20,000 bases of DNA from an uncultured virus (IMG/VR IMGVR_UViG_3300033141_001977) (taxonomy: Duplodnaviria; Heunggongvirae; Uroviricota; Caudoviricetes), in IMG/VR virus record IMGVR_UViG_3300033141_001977. One strand, 5' to 3'. Below the pieces are notes generated by a model that had not been told where the DNA came from, did no database searches, and saw nothing but the letters and a program-made list of their open reading frames with translations. Each line of letters starts with the position of its first letter. Within the stretch, counting starts at the first letter, position 1. Of this stretch, positions 1 through 7,674 are shown in pieces. A program made the position numbers and the translations under genes.

Positions 1-52
1 ACCCGACAGAATGCGTCAGTATCGTCGTATGGGGATGCCCAGACCAATAGAA

Positions 53-280
53 CTATAGGTAGGGCGCATTATCCCCCAACCCATAGAAATGGCTCATGGC
101 GAGTGCTGTGCGTGCTCTGTGCCATTCGGCAATTGAGTTTGCATCGCCGGCATTGAAGTCGGATGTCGGCATGTCGAGCGAGTGATATTCATGCTCAATG
201 CCGGCGAGGCGTAGCTGCTCGCGGAGTTCCGCACATGCGCCGCAAAGTTTGCGTCCGAAAACGACGAGTTGGTCAGTCAT
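53..280 (-). CDS. Glutaredoxin/thioredoxin-fold protein, possibly truncated by a frameshift
   Basis: N-terminal VVFGRKLCGAC (CxxC after a beta-strand), then a helix and 'GIEHEY', typical of the Grx/NrdH fold. SD GGAGG upstream. The ORF stops right at the expected cis-Pro strand. Confidence 0.65.
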   Translation of the reverse strand: MTDQLVVFGRKLCGACAELREQLRLAGIEHEYHSLDMPTSDFNAGDANSIAEWHRARTALAMSHFYGLGDNAPYL

Positions 281-560
281 TTATGCCCTCCTCCAGCGCA
301 CAGTCGTCGCATAGGTTACGTTGGGATAATATACTCGGCGCGGCCTCGGGACGCCCACACTTGTCGCAGAAGCAGGCCTCGGGTTCGGGCGTTTCATTGG
401 TCGGGATTAGGTCTGATGCGTCGCGTAGGCAGTCGAGGCAGATCTCGTGTGCTAGGTCAGGATAGTCTCCGGGAGCACAATAACGGAAGCCGGGTTTCTC
501 TTCTTTGTCGCACCAGTCGCACGCAACTATTCTTTCAACGTACTTACCCTTGAAGCTCAT
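273..560 (-). CDS. Cys-rich putative zinc-binding phage protein
   Basis: Multiple CxxC pairs (CDWC, CLDC, CDKC, CDDC). Overlaps neighbours. SD GAGGAAGG upstream. Confidence 0.7.
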   Translation of the reverse strand: MSFKGKYVERIVACDWCDKEEKPGFRYCAPGDYPDLAHEICLDCLRDASDLIPTNETPEPEACFCDKCGRPEAAPSILSQRNLCDDCALEEGIND

Positions 561-673
561 TTTGGGCCTTCCTCAGCGATTGGTTGGGCCGCGCCCGCCA
601 CTGCTGTGTGCATTGGGAAATACTCTGGGGTGAGTATAGGCGGGTGCAGGGCGGACGCGGCGTTGTTGTTCAT
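557..673 (-). CDS. Possible 38-aa ORF (MNNNAASALHPP...EEGPK) overlapping a strong hairpin
   Basis: ATGA overlaps with the genes on both sides. It is not in the ORF track. The RNA hairpin may be the real function of this stretch. Confidence 0.35.
   Translation of the reverse strand: MNNNAASALHPPILTPEYFPMHTAVAGAAQPIAEEGPK
588..661 (-). other. Long intergenic RNA stem-loop
   Basis: Minus strand GCCGCGTCCGCC-CTGC pairs with GCAG-T-GGCGGGCGCGGC (16 bp, one G-U, one bulge). Inner hairpin ATACTC/GAGTAT. Confidence 0.55.
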
Positions 674-1521
674 TTTTGTTTCGTTTCCCCGCCCAGCAGG
701 GCTATCAGCTTTTTCAACTCACGAGAGATATTGATATAGGCATCGCATGTTGGGGAGCCGGTTTCATTATCTCCATAAGTGGCACCGGTGTAGCCGAAGC
801 CGGGATCGTCCTCGAAAAACTTTGCTATCTTCTCCAGCGTCGGCATCATCTGCTCGCGGAGGTGAGTCTGGTAGCGGAGTATGGTATTGCCTGTTGAGCG
901 GTAGTTATCAAGGTGCACGTTAGCCATGATAAACAGGTCGTAAGCCATGAAAAGAATTGGGTCAGTTTCGGATGCTATCTTTAGGCGAAGTGCTATACAG
1001 ATTGCTTCACTGTATGCTATCCTATGATACCCCATCTCCACGTCCTCAATGTAGAGCAGGACTTGGGGGATGGGATTGCTTATTGTGCCCAAGCCGTTAC
1101 ATTTTGGACACGGGGTTAAACGGAATACGCCATCCCTCCGGCTGGCAACATAGGGGGCACCGTCTAATCCGATAGCTTTGTAAGAGGTTCTGCCTTGTTG
1201 TTTGATGTTACAAGTGCCCCCGCAAGTCGGGCAAGGTGTATGGGAATACACCGCCAGCCACAGCGCCACGCTTTTGCTCCGGCCTCTAGGATGCTTGCCG
1301 CCTGTGCCGTTGCATACCTGACACGTAATCGTTTCTGTGTATTCTGATGGGGTTATACGCACATCTTCGCTGTCAATGTGATGCTGACCGCGCCCATTGC
1401 AGATAGGACACACATCCGCCCCCCTCATCCGGTCGACGGTGTCGGGCACGATCAAACCTTCAGACTTGGCCTTCTGGCGGATGGCTGTGCAGGCTATGGC
1501 GTCAAGGGTTTGTGTGGTCAT
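670..1521 (-). CDS. Protein with DnaJ-type zinc-finger repeats (CxxCxGxG) and an unknown C-terminal domain
   Basis: CPICNGRG, CQVCNGTG, CPTCGGT, CPKCNGLG. No J-domain HPD motif. SD AGGAG. Confidence 0.8.
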   Translation of the reverse strand: MTTQTLDAIACTAIRQKAKSEGLIVPDTVDRMRGADVCPICNGRGQHHIDSEDVRITPSEYTETITCQVCNGTGGKHPRGRSKSVALWLAVYSHTPCPTCGGTCNIKQQGRTSYKAIGLDGAPYVASRRDGVFRLTPCPKCNGLGTISNPIPQVLLYIEDVEMGYHRIAYSEAICIALRLKIASETDPILFMAYDLFIMANVHLDNYRSTGNTILRYQTHLREQMMPTLEKIAKFFEDDPGFGYTGATYGDNETGSPTCDAYINISRELKKLIALLGGETKQK

Positions 1522-1673
1522 TGACTTGTCTCCTGTTTTCTTTTTTTGTCATCATCGAGCAATAGCTGCCATGCGAGGGAAACCATTTGTATGAGAGAAT
1601 CGATGTCAGTGGGCGGGATTTCCTCAGCGGATTGTTCAAGTGCGTACATAATTCGCGAGTCATCATTATTCAT
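1518..1673 (-). CDS. Small hypothetical protein, 51 aa (MNNDDSRIMYALEQSAEE...RKQETSQ)
   Basis: Translated by hand. ATGA overlap at both ends, and it fills the gap exactly. Confidence 0.6.
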   Translation of the reverse strand: MNNDDSRIMYALEQSAEEIPPTDIDSLIQMVSLAWQLLLDDDKKRKQETSQ

Positions 1674-2065
1674 GGCGTCTTCTTGAACTTGGCGAGGGCG
1701 GCTTGTGCATAGGCGAGACTATCTCGACCATAGCTGGTGTCGTAGTAATCGTCATTCTCAACTATGAGAATCAACCGTTTTAATGCTGCGGCCATTTGTT
1801 GTATATCCGCCGCCGGGTCAGCGAGACCGACGCAGGCGTTGTGGTTCATTAGTTCGCATACGAAGCCTAGCATGTTTATGAACCCGAATTGTGCAAGCCA
1901 AACACTTTTACCGTTAGCGTCCCTGATGGTATATGTAGAGACGCCAGGTTCTTCTCGAGGTTCCCACGGTGTAGGATGTTCCTTTAGGAGCCGTTCCCAT
2001 TCTCCGAACTTGGCCTTCTGGCGGATAGCGAGGACGGCTAATTGGTCGAGAGTTTGTGTGGTCAT
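1670..2065 (-). CDS. Phage hypothetical protein of the 'HxxxPW...NACxGL...AALAK' type
   Basis: Start reassigned to 2065 (SD AAGGAG, ATGA overlap). Motifs HPTPW, DANGKSV, NACVGLADPAADI, AQAALAKF. Confidence 0.75.
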   Translation of the reverse strand: MTTQTLDQLAVLAIRQKAKFGEWERLLKEHPTPWEPREEPGVSTYTIRDANGKSVWLAQFGFINMLGFVCELMNHNACVGLADPAADIQQMAAALKRLILIVENDDYYDTSYGRDSLAYAQAALAKFKKTP

Positions 2066-2268
2066 GGCGTCTCCTTTGTGTGAGTATATGTCCAAACGTA
2101 ATAGCCGACAGACAAGATGCTTATTACTGCAAGCATGATTGATAAAATAAAAACCATGCCCAGCCCCTCACCCCTTATCGCTACCCATATCCATGCTAGC
2201 ATTAACGCGGTGGCACATGCCCCTGATGCTGGCATAAATGTTCGTGCTGCTTTCTCAGTTTTGCTCAT
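2062..2268 (-). CDS. Small membrane protein, two TM helices
   Basis: Two hydrophobic stretches (ACATALMLAWIWVAI; LGMVFILSIMLAVISILSVGYYVW). SD GGAGGAG. Confidence 0.75.
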   Translation of the reverse strand: MSKTEKAARTFMPASGACATALMLAWIWVAIRGEGLGMVFILSIMLAVISILSVGYYVWTYTHTKETP

Positions 2269-2471
2269 GGCGTCTCCTCCTTACATTCGGGGTTCATACA
2301 AACACCATAGTGCTGATGTTGCGTCCGTCTATGACACACGGGGCACACCTCGGCGTGCCGGCCAGCCTGTTCTTCTGGGGTGCAGGTGCAGGTTTCTATA
2401 AGCTGTTGATATTGATCGGTTTTATCAATAGAGGCCGCTGCTTCACTCCAACACTTCTCACAGGATGGCAT
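2265..2471 (-). CDS. Small Cys/His-rich zinc-binding protein
   Basis: CEKC, CTC, CPVC, CMNPEC. SD GGGGAGGT. Overlaps both neighbours. Confidence 0.75.
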   Translation of the reverse strand: MPSCEKCWSEAAASIDKTDQYQQLIETCTCTPEEQAGRHAEVCPVCHRRTQHQHYGVCMNPECKEETP

Positions 2472-2677
2472 TATGTTACCTCCCCGAACTTGGCGAGGGC
2501 GGGCTTTGCCTCGGCGGTGTTGTCAACTTCATCTGCTGGTGGCTCGGAGGCGAGAGCCCGAGAGATGTCATCTTTAAGTGATATATCCCACTCGTCTCCG
2601 GTTGTCGATAGAATGTAATAGTCATTGACAAGGCTCATAGCCATCTTCAGCAGTTCTCGCGTTGTTTCATTAATCAT
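2471..2677 (-). CDS. Hypothetical protein, paralog of 2674-3147 and 3144-3389
   Basis: MINETTRELLK...DISRAL...ALAKF. SD GGAGG. Confidence 0.75.
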   Translation of the reverse strand: MINETTRELLKMAMSLVNDYYILSTTGDEWDISLKDDISRALASEPPADEVDNTAEAKPALAKFGEVT

Positions 2678-3147
2678 TTGTCATCCTCCTTGAACTTGGC
2701 GATGGCGGCCTCTGCGTTGGCGACCATTTTGTTAATTTCAGACATTGGCCTGATACCAGAACATGCCCAGATTAGACCTTCTGTCGCATCCACCAGCTCT
2801 TCTATATCCGCCGCCGGGTCAGCGAGTCCGGCGCAGGCGTTGGTGCAGTTGATGGCGCGGGCGAGATCTGAAACACTGATAACTCGCCAATTACTCTCTT
2901 CGTATTCGTCTGAATGTGCAGTCTCGGAGCCACATTTGGTGAAATCATTGTCATTCCACGGCTCGTTGAACTTGCCCTTACTCATGGCTGGCCTCCTGTG
3001 TGGGGTGGCGTCGAGTGCGTTACTGATGTCAACTCGTAGCTCGTTGGCGTCAGTATGAAATGCGGCTGTCCCAACATGACCGTCTCGGAATTGTATGAGT
3101 AGAGATTTGATTCGCTTTAGTAGCTCGCGTGTCTTCTCGTCAATCAT
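2674..3147 (-). CDS. Hypothetical mosaic protein (MIDEKTRELL module plus EPW...NACAGL...AAIAKF module)
   Basis: Shares its N-terminus with the flanking genes and the NACAGLADPAADI block with 1670-2065. Confidence 0.8.
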   Translation of the reverse strand: MIDEKTRELLKRIKSLLIQFRDGHVGTAAFHTDANELRVDISNALDATPHRRPAMSKGKFNEPWNDNDFTKCGSETAHSDEYEESNWRVISVSDLARAINCTNACAGLADPAADIEELVDATEGLIWACSGIRPMSEINKMVANAEAAIAKFKEDDK

Positions 3148-3389
3148 TTGTCATCCTCCTCGAGCTTGGCGAGGGCGGCTCTCATCGCATAATCTACTAT
3201 AAGATTCGCCGCCTCTATTAACTGCTTCACATCCGCCGCCGGGGCAGCAAGGTTGTTAAGGCGCTGGGCAATGTCGTTATATAGGCGGTTGGCGGTAGTT
3301 GAGTTGCTATGTCCGATCGCAATGTCGCCAATATCATCTATAAACTGCATTGTCCTCGTCAGTAGGTCTTGTGTCTTCTCGTCAATCAT
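3144..3389 (-). CDS. Hypothetical protein, paralog (MIDEKTQDLL...PAADV...AALAKLEEDDK)
   Basis: Shared termini with neighbours. SD AAGGAG. Confidence 0.75.
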   Translation of the reverse strand: MIDEKTQDLLTRTMQFIDDIGDIAIGHSNSTTANRLYNDIAQRLNNLAAPAADVKQLIEAANLIVDYAMRAALAKLEEDDK

Positions 3390-3585
3390 TCTTCGGCTCC
3401 TTTGGTGGTGTTGTGATTGGGTTGAATCTCACGCCATACCATTTCTCGCGGGCTATGGTCGCGGCATTAAAGGCCGCAAGACAGCTGATCATGAACTCTG
3501 CCAGAATGTAGTCCGGTGTGTTGGATTCGTTTTCAGTTGATTCGTAGTTGAGAAGAGTTGAAAGTTTGCGTTGTAAATCACTCAT
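3382..3585 (-). CDS. Conserved-looking phage hypothetical protein (ENESNTPDYILAEF motif)
   Basis: SD AAAGGA. Overlaps the next gene. The motif resembles small phage proteins as recalled, not searched. Confidence 0.7.
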   Translation of the reverse strand: MSDLQRKLSTLLNYESTENESNTPDYILAEFMISCLAAFNAATIAREKWYGVRFNPITTPPKEPKND

Positions 3586-3742
3586 CTTGATTATCCTTTT
3601 CTTTATTGGGTCCTCTAAATAGGTTCCCGGATTGTTCGTTCTGTTGTCGTTGTTCTTGTTGATGCTGTGCCTTGTATAGCCGCTTCGCCCGTTTTAGCAG
3701 CGCTTTCTGCTTTGCACATGGTGATTGGGGTTATGTGGCGCA

Positions 3743-4219
3743 TCAGAAGCCTCGACCTTCTTCTGGCGAGTTGCTGGCGTCTAGCTCAAGCCGCCGCAAG
3801 AATGTGTAGTTGACATATTCGTTCTCGCCCTTGACGGTGGTTCTCTTCTTGACCTCGACTTCCACATCAAGGACTTGTTCGCGGACGTGTGGCTCGCGGA
3901 GGTCACCAAGCTTCTGAGGCTCACAGCCACAGAGCTTGAGGCGGCTCTTTATGAAGCTCAGTTGCAGTTTCTTTGTCTCCGCATCATCCCCATGGATAAC
4001 TTGGTTGTCGAACACCTTGCGGCCTTCGTGGGTCGGCCCGATAACTTCAAGGCCCCATTTGACCATTGGCTTCTGGGTGTTCTTAGTCCGGGTCAGCTCC
4101 ATCGAGGCTACCCGCATCTGGTACAGGCCGTCCGGGATCGGTGAGTTGAGATCATCATCAGCATTCACCCAGTCGGGTTGCAGGTCGTCTAGGTCGGAAA
4201 AGTCGTCATACTCAGGCAT
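3743..4219 (-). CDS. DUF669-family putative single-stranded DNA-binding protein
   Basis: PIPDGLY...TKNTQKPMVKWGLEV...HEGRKVFDN, with acidic termini. Directly downstream of the Sak4-like ATPase, the usual arrangement. Confidence 0.85.
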   Translation of the reverse strand: MPEYDDFSDLDDLQPDWVNADDDLNSPIPDGLYQMRVASMELTRTKNTQKPMVKWGLEVIGPTHEGRKVFDNQVIHGDDAETKKLQLSFIKSRLKLCGCEPQKLGDLREPHVREQVLDVEVEVKKRTTVKGENEYVNYTFLRRLELDASNSPEEGRGF

Positions 4220-4985
4220 TCTTGGCCTCCTTCGGTGTGTCTAGGGCCGCCGGCTTCTTAGGGGCAGCTCTGTTGTACGCTTCGATAAACTTGTCATAGT
4301 CGAGTGGCAGCTTTGCTGGCAGCCGGCCTGTGCGGTCCTTGGCCTCGTAGAACTTGTTGGGTGTCGTGCGGATGATACGCTCGTCTCGGATAAAGTTACC
4401 GTCCTTGTCGTGCTTGGCCTCAGTCTCAGCGTAGAGAACCATGTCTGCCATCGGCAGGACTACCTCGTAGGAAATCTTCTCGCTAAGCGCCGGGACCATC
4501 TTGGTGTATTTGCCGGTGCGGGAGTCCTTTTCCTTCTCGCGGCAATGGGACGTTAGGATGAGGCCGCATGGCAGTTGGGCGAACGCGACCAGCATCCCTC
4601 TGATGCGGTTTTTGGCCATCGCGTAGCCCTTGCCATAGCCAAGATCGCCGGCGTTGATGCTTCTCTCGTTAAACTCGTTGCAGACCACCTCCTCACAGAA
4701 CAGGTACGCGAGGTCAATCGTATCGATGCAGATGGTATCGAAGCGAGGCGCGTCGCTTTGCTGGTCAACTCGAATGTCGTCGTACGCCGTCTGTAGCGCC
4801 GCCCAACTATTGATAGGCATCTGGTATGCCTCAAGCCCCTTCAGGCCAGGCTCGGTAGCCAGGAACAGCACGTTGGGGAATTTGTGGGCAAATGTGGTTT
4901 TGCCGACGCCCGGCGGCCCATAGATGAAGATAGTCTGCTTTGCCAGGCTCAGCTCTGGCGGGGTCATTGTCTCAGGTAGTGGCAT
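4212..4985 (-). CDS. sak4: Sak4-like AAA_24 ATPase (single-strand annealing recombinase)
   Basis: Walker A YGPPGVGKTT, LFLATEPG, Walker B TICIDTID, GYGKGY, ILTSH, AKDRTG. Confidence 0.9.
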   Translation of the reverse strand: MPLPETMTPPELSLAKQTIFIYGPPGVGKTTFAHKFPNVLFLATEPGLKGLEAYQMPINSWAALQTAYDDIRVDQQSDAPRFDTICIDTIDLAYLFCEEVVCNEFNERSINAGDLGYGKGYAMAKNRIRGMLVAFAQLPCGLILTSHCREKEKDSRTGKYTKMVPALSEKISYEVVLPMADMVLYAETEAKHDKDGNFIRDERIIRTTPNKFYEAKDRTGRLPAKLPLDYDKFIEAYNRAAPKKPAALDTPKEAKNA

Positions 4986-5907
4986 GGGGGGTATCCTCTT
5001 GAGTTAATTCACTATGAGCGGCTTTATGCTCATAGAACTCGTTTAGCACGTCCTCACTGTCGCGGGACGAGCACAGCTTAAAATAGGAACATGGCTTGTT
5101 GAACCGGAAGCAGGCCTGCCGGTCTTGGAGCCACATCCCGGACCGCGTACATCGACGCCAGCGGTTGGTCAGTTCCCAGAGCTCGGCCTGAAGTCGCCGC
5201 CGGTCATTCATATCGTAGAGAAACGTGAACCGCTGGAACGCGTCAGGCTCGGACAGCTTCTCGGCAAGCCGCGCTTGAAACGCCTCGTCTGTCTCAGGCT
5301 CTTTGCGGCGCTGGTTGGCCTCGAACTGTCTGATAGCCGGCTTTTTGAGTAGGTTGTAGATGACGCCCACCGGGCTGTCACCTGCAACGTTAGAATAGAT
5401 GTCGGCCTGTAGCGACAGGTTCAGCCCCTCGATGTAGGCCGCGTCAATGGTGGCCGCGGTTTTGTGCTCAACCACATAGGCCCGGTCATTTACCATGACT
5501 GCTAGGTCAATCTTGCCGCATAGCCTAAAGGTATGAGAGCCCCAGCCTGTTGCGGGGTTTTTGAGCGGCTGGTCAAACTCATGCTCAATAGCGACTACCC
5601 CCCAGTTGTCGAGGACATAGCGATTCATGTAGGCCAGCATCATGGCCCGCGCATAGTGCCAGTGCTTGCGCGCCGTCGCGTCGTAATGCCTCTCGGTATA
5701 GTTGTCATCGATGAGCGCTAGAACGCTTTCAGAACTGCCGTCCTTATACCACGACGCCAAACACTCGTGGATTAGCGAGCCGAACGTCAGGGCGTCATCC
5801 AGCCGCACCGGAACCATCTCACGGATATATCGCCAGTATGCGCGGCGCTCGCAGTGCAGGAACGTTGACCACATGGTGTAGGTGGAGATTTGTTTATTCA
5901 TCCGCAC
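4972..5907 (-). CDS. Cas4-like PD-(D/E)XK exonuclease with Fe-S staple cysteines
   Basis: HCERRAYW, FGSLIHECL, IE...GKIDL...VVEHKT, QxxxY (LQADIY), C-terminal CFRFNKPCSYFKLC. Confidence 0.9.
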   Translation of the reverse strand: MRMNKQISTYTMWSTFLHCERRAYWRYIREMVPVRLDDALTFGSLIHECLASWYKDGSSESVLALIDDNYTERHYDATARKHWHYARAMMLAYMNRYVLDNWGVVAIEHEFDQPLKNPATGWGSHTFRLCGKIDLAVMVNDRAYVVEHKTAATIDAAYIEGLNLSLQADIYSNVAGDSPVGVIYNLLKKPAIRQFEANQRRKEPETDEAFQARLAEKLSEPDAFQRFTFLYDMNDRRRLQAELWELTNRWRRCTRSGMWLQDRQACFRFNKPCSYFKLCSSRDSEDVLNEFYEHKAAHSELTQEDTPHATT

Positions 5908-6128
5908 AACTCATCCGTTACCTGCTCGCATACTACACACCGCACATTGTCCGGGATGTTCTCAGGGTCAATGTCGCGGAGCATGACGGCATTGCAAGCG
6001 TCTCCGCCAATATAGACGAAAATCACTCCATCGCCGTAGAACCGCACATTATCAACCAGGCCTAACTCGCACTTATACCATCTAGGGTCGTTGTCAAATC
6101 GCCTGAATACTTGCCACATCTTACTCAT
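5898..6128 (-). CDS. Hypothetical protein with a C-terminal CxxC
   Basis: SD GGAGG. Overlaps the next gene. Confidence 0.65.
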   Translation of the reverse strand: MSKMWQVFRRFDNDPRWYKCELGLVDNVRFYGDGVIFVYIGGDACNAVMLRDIDPENIPDNVRCVVCEQVTDELCG

Positions 6129-6189
6129 CGTTATCCTCCATTGTCGCCTCTAATGAACGTCAGGCTGTTTAGACTGATAGTGATGTTGT

Positions 6190-6534
6190 TTATTTCGTCT
6201 CCTCTGTGTTGAGAATATCGCCATACTCATCGATTATTTGCTTGGCTTTGCCGATTTTACTTTTAGCTTTGCTGGCAAGATCACAAAGCTTTTTTTGGAG
6301 GGTATCGAGTATTTCTTTCTTGAGGGCAGCGCCAAGTGCATCAGCTGCCTTGCTGCATGAGCCATTGATATATGCAATGTTGACCATCTCCGTCAGGGGC
6401 GTCTCTCCGATCTCGATACTATCATTAGCCCGTGTTTGAAAGGCTCTTACATCCTTCGGGTAAACTATGAAGCAAGTTTTCTCGCATTGTTCCAGCAACC
6501 ACTTGGTAGCAGCCAGCTTATCAAGTATGTGCAT
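6190..6534 (-). CDS. Hypothetical protein with a C-terminal coiled coil
   Basis: Start reassigned to MHILDK at 6534 (SD AGAGGAG). Confidence 0.7.
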   Translation of the reverse strand: MHILDKLAATKWLLEQCEKTCFIVYPKDVRAFQTRANDSIEIGETPLTEMVNIAYINGSCSKAADALGAALKKEILDTLQKKLCDLASKAKSKIGKAKQIIDEYGDILNTEETK

Positions 6535-6550
6535 CGTTGTCTCCTCTGTG

Positions 6551-6790
6551 TTATTGGGTTGCTTGTTCATCTTCATATCCATTTTCGCGCTCTTCGCAGT
6601 CTAGCTGTGGGCAGTCTTTGCATTCACCGTCACACAATGTCCGCTCTAACCAGTAGGGCATTTCGGCGTCATAGCCGATGTTGTTCTGGTCGCTCATTCG
6701 GGTATCTCTGTGATGCACACCTTGACTATGCGCTGAACCGGCCAGCGGGCACTCCACTCCGGTATACGCTCGTTTCATAGTAGCAGCCAT
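6551..6790 (-). CDS. Hypothetical Cys-rich protein (CDGECKDCPQLDC); start uncertain
   Basis: TAATG overlap with the upstream gene. SD GGAGG. Confidence 0.5.
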   Translation of the reverse strand: MAATMKRAYTGVECPLAGSAHSQGVHHRDTRMSDQNNIGYDAEMPYWLERTLCDGECKDCPQLDCEERENGYEDEQATQ

Positions 6791-7053
6791 TATTTGTCCT
6801 CCGCGGCCTGTAGTAGCATGGTGATCTTACTCGCGGCTATGTCTAGTATCATGTCGATCTTACTCACGGCTATGTCCGCCGCAAGGCTCCCGGCCATCTG
6901 TAGGTGCATGAGCTCGCCCTTGAGCGTGCCTTTGACATGCGCCGTCTCGATAGTGTGATAGATGCGCTCCCGAACGCGCCTTGCCCAATCAGTTTGCTGT
7001 AGTTGTTCTACCACCATTGGTTTCCTTTCGTGTTGGAGGTTGTTGGTTGTCAT
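6790..7053 (-). CDS. Hypothetical helical protein
   Basis: SD AGGAG. ATGA overlap. Confidence 0.7.
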   Translation of the reverse strand: MTTNNLQHERKPMVVEQLQQTDWARRVRERIYHTIETAHVKGTLKGELMHLQMAGSLAADIAVSKIDMILDIAASKITMLLQAAEDK

Positions 7054-7487
7054 TTGTTATCTCCTGTCAGTAGCGTATTGCCGACGCGGGTGAGTCGTGA
7101 TTCGGCAATATCATGTAGGCATTGGGATAGAGGGGCATTCTTGTCGAGAGGCAATAGACAAAATGCCCCTCGCCGCCATATAATTTCACAGTGTTCCCTC
7201 AAATAACTGTCGAAGACTATATCATTCTCCCACAGCTGGTTGCCGTCCTTGTCCTTGGCGCAGTCGACTTGGTGCTGGAATTCGATGTGCTGTAGCCGAA
7301 AACTATAATCGATGATACGGATGTCTTCGTAGCCATCTCTGTTGTTATATTCAACCAAGTTGAGTCGTCCGTTTGGGCCTATAAAGACCTCTGTTGGCGG
7401 CTCAAAGGAAATGAAGATGCGCCCGTGTTTGTCTGGCTCGAATGCCTGCTTGACCAGCGTATCAACTACCCTAAATGGTAGGTTCAT
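7050..7487 (-). CDS. YopX-family protein
   Basis: FRVVD N-terminus; KDKDGNQLWENDIV; IIWRRGAFCL; RVGN near the C-terminus. Confidence 0.85.
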   Translation of the reverse strand: MNLPFRVVDTLVKQAFEPDKHGRIFISFEPPTEVFIGPNGRLNLVEYNNRDGYEDIRIIDYSFRLQHIEFQHQVDCAKDKDGNQLWENDIVFDSYLREHCEIIWRRGAFCLLPLDKNAPLSQCLHDIAESRLTRVGNTLLTGDNK

Positions 7488-7674
7488 TCTTGAACTCCTT
7501 CTTTGAATCGTTCACGTAGAAGCCCGGCCCTCTAAATATTAGGACCGGGGCGTTCCATAGTCGTTTGAGAACTCCGCCGCATACGCAGCAGCGTTCGGGG
7601 CATTCGTCTGCGCTGTCGTGCAGGTATTGCTCGACGCGGTTGCAAGATTCACACTGAAAGTCAAAGAGCGGCAT
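7471..7674 (-). CDS. FmdB-family zinc-ribbon protein
   Basis: MPLFDFQCESC...CCVCGGVLKRL...FRGPGFYVND. Confidence 0.9.
   Translation of the reverse strand: MPLFDFQCESCNRVEQYLHDSADECPERCCVCGGVLKRLWNAPVLIFRGPGFYVNDSKKEFKNEPTI

Noticed and set aside
53..55. TAG recoding to extend the glutaredoxin
   Set aside because: TAG acts as an ordinary stop elsewhere (11102, 15625), and the long genes are not interrupted by TAG.
535..580. Hammerhead at CTGAGGA (minus strand, ~570-576), and likewise at ~1621-1627
   Set aside because: No stem II followed by GAAA with matching stems I and III.
1464..3390. Repeats as a CRISPR array or a DGR template/variable repeat pair
   Set aside because: The repeats are in-frame coding modules with irregular spacing. 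There is no reverse transcriptase in the window, and the few mismatches show no convincing adenine-specific pattern.
4972..5907. CRISPR-associated cas4
   Set aside because: No cas1, cas2 or array is present. The context is a phage recombination module.
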